A stretch of 29,384 nt of DNA. It comes from Paraspadella gotoi (Eukaryota > Animalia > Chaetognatha). The DNA lies in NCBI GenBank assembly GCA_051294375.1, contig CM119264.1:3845704-3875087 (forward strand). Direction: 5' to 3'. The position numbers and the translations under genes are program-made. Shown here one piece after another: positions 21,100-29,384 of this stretch (its first letter is position 1; each line of letters begins with the position of its first letter). The notes beneath the pieces are model-generated. The model searched no databases. It had not been told where the DNA came from and saw only the letters and a program-made list of their open reading frames with translations.

Positions 21100-21780
21100 N
21101 NNNNNNNNNNNNNNNNNNNNNNNNGCGGATCTCCGGGAGTCTTTTTTGAAAAAAAGCAAAAGAAAAACAAGAAAAGAAAGAGTATAAAAACGAAAAGGAA
21201 AGAAAGATAGATAACCACCAAGTAATGATCAATACCATATACAATTATATACAAAATGAAACAATATAAATACAACCAATGTAAGCCCATCAAATTAAAA
21301 AAAATTTATAAAAAATAAATAATATTTACTTACAAATCCAAGATCATAAATCTATCTCACAATAATTGACTTAATTATATTGCCTGAAAACAATTGAAAA
21401 ATCCATGATAAAAAGATAAAATATGAACTCCGCAAATAAGATTATATACTAATATCATTTGCATTTTTTTTTAGCCGCGAGGGACCCCGTATGAAGAGAA
21501 AAATAGTAGGCAAAAATTTTTAAATCAGTAGAATAAAAATTCAGCTTGCAGCCTGTGAAATATTCTTAAACAAAAAAAAAATTGTATTTTTCAACTTTAA
21601 AAATAATAGGTTGAAAAAAAAAAATACTGATGAAGTAATTTGCTATAAAATAATTGGGCTTCAATAGATAGAAATCCAGAGAGTGAGACGGCAAGAGCAA
21701 GAGAGAGAGAGAGAGAAGATGTCCACGAAGTTACAGAATTGTACCCGCAGAAGAGAGGAGAGAGAGAGAGAGAGAGAGAG

Positions 21781-21910
21781 GATCCGGCCCGATCGCGCCT
21801 CGGTTCGCAACTTCCGACCGGGCCCAAAGAGGCCGCGACCTCGCCCCATCGAGAGATCCCGAGAAAATCTCGCCCGATCCGAGCGGAAAAGTCCGGAAGG
21901 AGAAGTGAGT
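21781..21910 (+). promoter_or_regulatory. CpG-rich candidate promoter / non-coding first exon
   Basis: CpG-dense island after GA repeats; ETS-type ACTTCCG (~21810) and CCGGAAG (~21893); ends at a consensus GTGAGT donor (21905). No transcript evidence. Confidence 0.35.
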
Positions 21911-22240
21911 CGGTCGCTCCTTGTCCCCCCCTCCTTCTTCTCTCCCACTCTTTTTTTTTTTCCTTATCTTCTTTTCATTCGAATAATACTAATTCATGTT
22001 GAGGTTACGGGGAGGTACAAGCGGGCGGGAAAAAATGCATCTCTTTTCCTCAAATTTTGTTTCCGAAGGAAACTCCTCACCACCGGGAAGATTAAAACTA
22101 CTAATTTGGGCTAACTTTATGAAAATCTTAACACAGCATCGCGACGCACGTAATAGCTGTTTGGACTGTGTGTTGAAAGATAAAAATCGACGACAATCAG
22201 AGCTGCGTACGGGAGAGGCTGAGTATAGTGACCAGAGTAT

Positions 22241-23200
22241 GAGAGAGAGATAGATTCATCTTTTCAAGGATTAACTTGATTTCGAACCACGATTATACAA
22301 CAAAGATGAAATTCAGAGAGAAAGGAGCCGGTGGAAGAGTATTAAAGTGAACAACTCAGAATTGTTAACAATGTTAATTAAGAATAGTACCTATAAAAAG
22401 AGAGGGTAGCACGAAACTATAACGCTCTACATCTATTGGATGAGAGATTACATTTGAGAGGCAAGGCGTGCACCAAAGAGTCGAGAGAGTATCGAGCGTG
22501 AAAGTGGCAGAGCGGGTGAGGAGCGGTCTCGTATCCGAGCGGCGAGTTAATGTTTGGATTTTTTTCGGGTGTGCTAAGCTGGATGAGCGGGATGAGTGTT
22601 ATGAAAATGTATGACTGACACTGACGGCAATTGGAGACAGAAAATAAATTATCATGCTGTTTGACTGGTCTGACTGAGTTTTTTTGACATATCTTCCGTT
22701 GCATTAAATTAATGCGACCCACATCATGGGTGTAGAGGCAATAAATAAGGTTGGCTAATACTATTCAAATGGGTAAATAAGTAAGCAAATAAATTATCTT
22801 GCCCCTAGACTTGGACAGAAAAAAGGCTTTGGTTTGGTTTAAGGCCTCCATCACTTCCCCTTAATCAATTTTTAATAAATTATAAATACGACAGCCCATA
22901 TGAATAATTCATACGGACCAAATTTCAATTATTTATACAGTTCAATTTATTATCGTAATCCGAGCGACTATTATTACCGAGAAGTCAAACCATTCACCGT
23001 TCTGGCAACATGAGTGACACTGGAATCTGGACACAAATCAAGGGAGGCATAAGATGCCTGGAGAAGAGGAATCGTTATAATAATTTCCGCGGTCATTTCG
23101 TGTCTCTCTTTTTCTGCCGTGTCCTCTCGCTCCAGCGCTCGGCTAATAATAGAGGATGGGACATACCCTCTGGCGTAGCTCTTCTCTCTCTCACCTTTCT
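22241..23200. repeat. Heavily insertion-expanded copy of ~20411-21075
   Basis: Same anchors in the same order (gatagattca, gagaaaggagc, tcgagcgtgaaag, gagcggtct, ttatcttgcccct, aaggcctccatcact, cgagcgac, catttcgtgt) but ~960 bp versus ~665 bp. Confidence 0.75.
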
Positions 23201-25182
23201 TTCTCTCTTCCTTTTCTTCTTCTGCTCATTTATTGGATCAGAAAACTCTAGTCTCTTCTTCGGTGCGTGCTAAAATTGTGTTTATTCTGTGCTCTCCCCT
23301 CTTTTGGGCACTTGGAGAAACATTCCACTGCGCATGTAACTTTGTTATCATGTTTCTATTTAACCATTCTTCTGTCATTCAGAAGAGAAAAATTAACGAG
23401 TCTCTCTCGTCGTCTCTCTCACTTCTCCTCTCGCGCTCTCACCGATCCGTTTGTCTATGTTAAATACGAAGAATGAAGGCCTATCTCATAGTTTTTTCTT
23501 TGGCCCCGTGCGTTTCGGTGTCGTCGTTTAGTCTTTGTGTACGATTGCTCTCGATCGTCATCTCATCAGATTTCTGGGTACTCGATCTCTTTCTTCGGTC
23601 GGTTGAGGAACGTTCTCAAGCTCCTTGCCAAATCTTTCGCTTTCTCATGCAGAGAACTGCGGGGAAAGCAGTCACGTTCTTTCTCTTTTGTCTGTCTTAA
23701 TTAAATGGACGGTGGATAAGATGAACAGTGTTCGATCGTCTCTCGCTTAACTCTCGTCTCTCTCTCTCCTCTCTCATCTCTCTCTCTCCTCTTCCATCTC
23801 TCTCTCGTCATTATCATCTCTCTCTCTTTCTTCTGATCGAAATGAAGGCGGAAAAGGAGAAAGTGAGAGGAAAGGACAAAGAAAGAGGAATGAAAAGAAA
23901 AAAGAAAGAAATAAAAAAGAAAGACTGTCTGCATTTCTCTTCCCAAAGTAGAACAAGGCAATGATAAATAAAAAGAGGCAAAGAAATTTGAAATTCCATG
24001 AAATTAAAATTTGATTTTTTCCCCTTACAAGATTGAAAAAGAGATGCAAGTATCTTTCTAAAACACTAAAAATGTGATTATGTGATATAGTTGATTTAAA
24101 AGAGCAGAAAGAGTCAAGATTTTGAAAAAAAAAACATCTTATTTACGAACATCGTAATCGGCAATAAGAGTACAAGCGAAAAAGATTGACTTGAGCTCAT
24201 TGCGATGTCGTGAACGAGTGATCTCACTCGAACGTGAAATTAGAATAATGATCCGGATGCCATCTTTCTACATATTCCATTTAATTCAAGTTTTAATATT
24301 AAGACGATTTTAACTGCCTCCGCCCTTGGGTCCTTTATCTTCATTGTTTCCTGGGAAAGACCACCCGCTCCCTCTCCCCCTATCAGGCTTCTCACCCCCT
24401 TCCTCCCCCTTCAGCCTTTCCTCCACCCCTCCCCCCCTACGTCCGTCCACTTCAGCGCTTCTCATCCCGGCCTCTTTAAGTTCTTCGAGAAATGAGTGGA
24501 GCGACGGAAGGGAATTATAGACCCGGGGGAATTAATAGACCGGCCGCTTCACGCTCCTCCCTTTTTTCGCGTTCGGGAAAAATTAAGGAACGACGCAAGC
24601 TCCTTCACTCTTATCCGCTCCTTAGTTTGTTTTTTTTTTTGAAGGGGCGGAAGATAGAGAAGGGAAGGAGTAGAGAGGAAATGGGCGAAGAAAGGAATAG
24701 GGACGAGGGAGAATGTGGAAAAAGAGAAGAGGATGGAATAGAGAGGAAAGTAGAAAGGAAGGAAGAGATTTGGAAAAAGAAGAGAATATGAGCTAAGGAA
24801 GAGAAAGAAAAAAAAGAAGGAAGCAAAGAAAGAGGGAAAGAAATTGTTTAAAATGGAAGCATTTCAACTTTGAAGATGAAAAATTACACAATCCGATTTT
24901 AATAATAAATTCATTAACGATTGTTTCCGTTTTCGGGGTAAAAATTAAAGAGAGGGTGTTCTTTAAAACATATTTAAATACTTATATCTATATGTCAGCT
25001 CACATTTCGACGGTAAATTTCGGCTTTTTTTTTTTTAAAACTTTTTTTTTTATTAATCGAAGCTAACTCACTCTCTCCAGCCCAACAGAGTTTTCGCTTA
25101 AATCCGCTATCATACAAAAACGACGCGACCACTGCCCTTCCATCCGCTCCATCTCCCAATCCCGACCTCACCTCGACCTTAC

Positions 25183-25338
25183 CTCCATCTGAGTGTCGAT
25201 CTTCCTCACGAGATCGATGACGTAAGCGAGGGTGTGAGTGTAACGCGACGGCTTTCCGAACTGACTTGGTTTCTTGTCGCCAGAGTAGAGTGAACCGTCG
25301 GAATCGAAGAAAGAACTTTGAGGGACTTTCACAACCAC
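25183..25338 (-). CDS. Isolated internal coding exon, unknown protein
   Basis: cccctttcacattcacag acceptor and GAG|gtaagg donor; 156 nt, phase 0/0, VVVKVPQSSFFDSDGSLYSGDKKPSQFGKPSRYTHTLAYVIDLVRKIDTQME. Confidence 0.7.
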
Positions 25339-25941
25339 CTGTGAATGTGAAAGGGGAAGGTGGAGTGGGGGAAGGGCGAGNNNNNNNNNNNNNNNNNNNN
25401 NNNNNNNNNNNNNNNNNNNNNNNNNNNNNNNNNNNNNNNNNNNNNNNNNNNNNNNNNNNNNNNNNNNNNNNNNNNNNNNNNNNNNNNNNNNNNNNNNNNN
25501 NNNNNNNNNNNNNNNNNNNNNNNNNNNNNNNNNNNNNNNNNNNNNNNNNNNNNNNNNNNNNNNNNNNNNNNNNNNNNNNNNNNNNNNNNNNNNNNNNNNN
25601 NNNNNNNNNNNNNNNNNNNNNNNNNNNNNNNNNNNNNNNNNNNNNNNNNNNNNNNNNNNNNNNNNNNNNNNNNNNNNNNNNNNNNNNNNNNNNNNNNNNN
25701 NNNNNNNNNNNNNNNNNNNNNNNNNNNNNNNNNNNNNNNNNNNNNNNNNNNNNNNNNNNNNNNNNNNNNNNNNNNNNNNNNNNNNNNNNNNNNNNNNNNN
25801 NNNNNNNNNNNNNNNNNNNNNNNNNNNNNNNNNNNNNNNNNNNNNNNNNNNNNNNNNNNNNNNNNNNNNNNNNNNNNNNNNNNNNNNNNNNNNNNNNNNN
25901 NNNNNNNNNNNNNNNNNNNNNNNNNNNNNNNNNNNNNNNNN

Positions 25942-25976
<35 letters not shown>

Positions 25977-26040
25977 GCCAAAGGGAAATTCCAATGAAAG
26001 GAACGATAAAGAAAAGAGAGATTTGTGTGTCAGGCCAGGA

Positions 26041-26080
<40 letters not shown>

Positions 26081-26087
26081 CGGCGGA
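26041..26087. repeat. (GCG)n trinucleotide microsatellite
   Basis: 13 uninterrupted GCG units plus a degenerate tail. Confidence 0.95.
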
Positions 26088-26751
26088 AAACTCCCTTTCG
26101 CTTTGACAAAATCCGACGAAGCAAATCATCCCCAAAATAATTTCACGTTTCCTTGCAAATCGCGTCGCTGATCAGGAAGAACCATGGCCTTTGATGTCGG
26201 GAGAGTTGAACTAGAATTTAATTTAGGAGAATCGTTCTCTGCTCCAACCAAGATGATGATAGAAAATAGTATGTTTTAAAGAAATGATTGCTAGCGATGC
26301 TTTCCTAATCCTTATTAAATTAATATCCAAATCTAACCCTATTTTTAATTTATTATTTTCCTTCTCACTTTTCTTTCGCTCCCTCCTCATTTATATTTAC
26401 TTTTCTCCTCACCCTTTTCTCTCCTTTCCTCCCTCCCATCTCCCTCTCTCCCTCCTCTTTCTTTTTCTCCCTCCTCTTTTCTTTCCTCCCTCCCTTCTCC
26501 CTCTCTCCCTCCTCTTTNNNNNNNNNNNNNNNNNNNNNNNNNNNNNNNNNNNNNNNNNNNNNNNNNNNNNNNNNNNNNNNNNNNNNNNNNNNNNNNNNNN
26601 NNNNCCCTCTCTCCCTCCTCTTTCCTTTCCTTTCTCCCTCCTCTCTCTCTCTCCCTCTTCTCTCCATTTTTCTTCTCCTTTTCCTCTCAGCGATTTCTAT
26701 TCTCAGCTTCAAAGTTATGAAACCGAAACGATTGAGAAAAGAATTGAGACG

Positions 26752-27216
26752 AATATATAGGAGAGACTTTGTCGGCCCGTTTCTCCTCTCTCGAGAAGAG
26801 ACTTTAGGCAATATATAGGAGAGACTTTGTCGGCCCGTTTCTCTTCTCTAGAGAAGAGACTCTTGGCAATATATAGGAGAGACTTTGTCGGCCCGTTTCT
26901 CCTCTCTCGAGAGGAGACTTTAGCCAATATATAGGAGAGACTTTGTCGGCCCGTTTCTCCTCTCTCGAGAAGAGGCTTTTGGCAATATATAGGAGAGACT
27001 TTGTCGGCCAGTTTCTCCTCTCTCGAGAAGAGACTTTTGGCAATATATAAGAGAGACTTTGTCGGCCCGTTTCTCCTCTCTCGAGAAGAGACTCTTGGCA
27101 ATATATAGGAGAGACTTTGTTGGCCAGGTTCTCCTCTCTAGAGAAGAGACTCTTGGCAATATATAGGAGAGACTTTGTAGGCCAGTTTCTCCTCTCTCGA
27201 GAAGAGACTCTTGGCC
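26752..27216. repeat. Minisatellite, 58-bp unit x ~8
   Basis: Unit aatatataggagagactttgtcggcccgtttctcctctctcgagaagagactcttggc, head to tail, no spacers. Confidence 0.95.
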
Positions 27217-27965
27217 ATTTTGTATCCTCTGTCAGTAGAAGAGAGATTATATGTCAGCCCACGTTTCTTCTTGGTCGGTTACAATTCAATATCCTCCTTT
27301 GTCATTTTATGCCCTCGTTGTCAGCTCAAATTTTCCAGGCTGAAATGCTTGAGTTTTTAACTTCTTTCCACAAAATGGACGCCGGCGAATTTCGTTGAAA
27401 TGAAAAATGGGGGGAGACGAAGCCCAGAAGGCGCGACCTCGTGAAACCGTTGTGAAAGCGGATGGGCGATGGTGAAAGAGATATTGGCTCGAAGTAAAGT
27501 TTTGTGAAGAAATGGAGAGATAAATGGGGAGCAAGGTGGTCAATGGTGGGTTAAGGTCTGCAAAGGTGGGCAGAGAGAAAGCTTCATGAACAATGGACGA
27601 AAGAGCGCTAGACTTGACTTACAATTAATTAAATAAAAAAGGCACGCTAATATTGTTGAAAAAATATTAATTAAGAAATACTCTTTTTGATAAAAAGACT
27701 TTTCCATTTTTAATATTCATAGCAAGGTTCGCCGTTCAAAGCCTCAATTTGAACGAAGGGGTTTTCGAGTTCATTATTTAAAGCCTCACATTTAATGGAG
27801 TGGTCGGGTTCTGCCATTTTTTTTGAGAAAGCCCCTAAATTTTCCAAGAGGCTTTGAGTTCCCCCTATTTTCTGCCCCGCTCCAGAATTTTTCCGCGTTC
27901 GGGATTCCTGGGGATTTTTTCCCCGGAGACAACCTGTCATCTTCCTCGCTTCTCTTATTGGACCA

Positions 27966-28480
27966 CTCTTCCTCCTCCTCGTTCTCCTCCTCATTCTCCT
28001 TCTCATTCTCTTCCTCTCTCTCCTCCTCATTCTCCCTCTCATTCTCTTCCTCTTTCTCCTCCTCATTCTCTTCCTCTTTCTCCTCCTCATTCTCCTGCTC
28101 ATTCTTTTCCTGTTTCTTCTCCTCATTCTCTTCCTCTTTCTGCTACTCGTTCTCCTCCTCGTTCTCCTCCTCATTTTTTTCCTCTTGCTCTTCCTTATTC
28201 TTTTCCTTATTTTCCTCCTTCTCTTCTTTGTTCTCCCCTCCTCATTCTTAAGTCTTCAGTGAGGCCTTATTCTTCTCCTCCTTCCCTTCTTCATTCTCTT
28301 CCTCATTCTCCTCCTCATTTTCTTCCTCCTTCTCCTCTTCCTATTCATCCTTTTCTTATTCTTCCTTTTCCTCTCCTTTTCCTCTTTCCTTTATTTATTC
28401 CTCGTTCTCCGTTTCCACCTTCTCTGTTCCTCCTTCTCTTCATCTTCCTCTCTTCCTCTCGCCCTATATCCTTCTCTTTT
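27966..28480. repeat. Polypyrimidine low-complexity tract with 12/24-bp periodicity
   Basis: Repeating ctcctcctcattctcttcctcttt-like units. Confidence 0.85.
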
Positions 28481-28649
28481 TTTTTCCTTAAAAAAAAGGA
28501 AAGGATAAAAAAGGAAAGGAGAAAAAAGGAAAGGAGAAAAAGGAACTGGGTTCCACTTTGGGATTCGTCTCCTCAACCCGCGCCCATTCATCCTCCGCCC
28601 TACACTGACCCTTTTATTATGACAGGGAATCTCTTGAGATCCGCATAAC

Positions 28650-28705
<56 letters not shown>

Positions 28706-28754
28706 TTCTCTCTCTCTCCTTATATTCCTGTGGGTGTGGCCCATTGAAGGATAT

Positions 28755-28820
<66 letters not shown>

Positions 28821-29384
28821 ATTCGTTTCAACTATCTCTCTTTCTTAATCTCTCTCTCAAACTCAATCTTTCTACCATAGAAAAACTAAAGCATATCATC
28901 ATTGTTATGGAGAGAGTGTGGCATGTTAAAAAAAGAACGGGATGGATGTGTAAACACTTAAATAGTCAACCAACCATAATTTCGTTGTTAATTTATTTTA
29001 CCTTTCCTTCAATTGTAGGTACACACTACACAGTACTTATAAACTTTTTGGAGCTTAATCAATCAATCAAAGAGAGAGAAAGAGAGAGAAAAAAAATCTC
29101 TTCTACCCGATGACGAATTNNNNNNNNNNNNNNNNNNNNNNNNNNNNNNNNNNNNNNNNNNNNNNNNNNNNNNNNNNNNNNNNNNNNNNNNNNNNNNNNN
29201 NNNNNNNNNNNNNNNNNNNNNNNNNNNNNNNNNNNNNNNNNNNNNNNNNNNNNNNNNNNNNNNNNNNNNNNNNNNNNNNNNNNNNNNNNAGATAGAAAGG
29301 CCGATGAAAAAGTGAAACGGAGGAAAGACAAATCCTCGTTCGCCATCTTTGTCCGAGAAAGGAAAAAATGGAGAAGGAAATCTT

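Noticed and set aside
24215-24230. cgagtga-tc-tcactcg hairpin as a Helitron 3' end
   Set aside because: No CTRR terminus at the expected distance and no second copy.
26030-26210. Poly-Ala/Gly coding exon around the (GCG)n tract
   Set aside because: All three - strand frames after the candidate acceptor stop before the repeat, and no donor was found.
26752-27216. CRISPR-like array
   Set aside because: Head-to-tail units with no unique spacers, no cas genes, eukaryotic context. The same applies to 16138-16421.
27710-28648. Long Arg/Glu/Ser/Pro-rich ORFs
   Set aside because: Produced by a low-complexity pyrimidine tract; no splice support.

Overview
Eukaryotic (metazoan, probably invertebrate) genomic DNA from a draft, long-read gap-filled assembly: AT-rich introns, CpG-rich spliced exons, many (GA/CT)n microsatellites, five gaps of exactly 25 N. 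Most ORF-track entries are microsatellite/N artefacts; the real genes are spliced. Supported content: (1) the 3' half of a + strand gene (45-3534, probable terminal TM exon ~5343-5536) with an unusual order ZP-C / dibasic KR / EGF repeats / SEA / TM; (2) a convergent - strand fibrinogen-related (FReD) lectin-like gene (Gly/Ser-rich + coiled coil + fibrinogen C domain), present twice (6363-9927 and 14613-16733) with its last exon in a further inverted copy, and with SNLNG replaced by SCLTG; (3) a candidate small 3-exon + strand membrane protein gene (11266-12628), also duplicated; (4) a few orphan exons; (5) a hAT-like MITE with an 8-bp TSD in only one copy of the duplication; (6) several minisatellites. 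The large duplications abut 25-N gaps and are indel-rich, so they are most likely haplotype/gap-filling artefacts. No CRISPR array, RNA gene or prokaryotic-type system is supported. All translations and alignments were done by eye.
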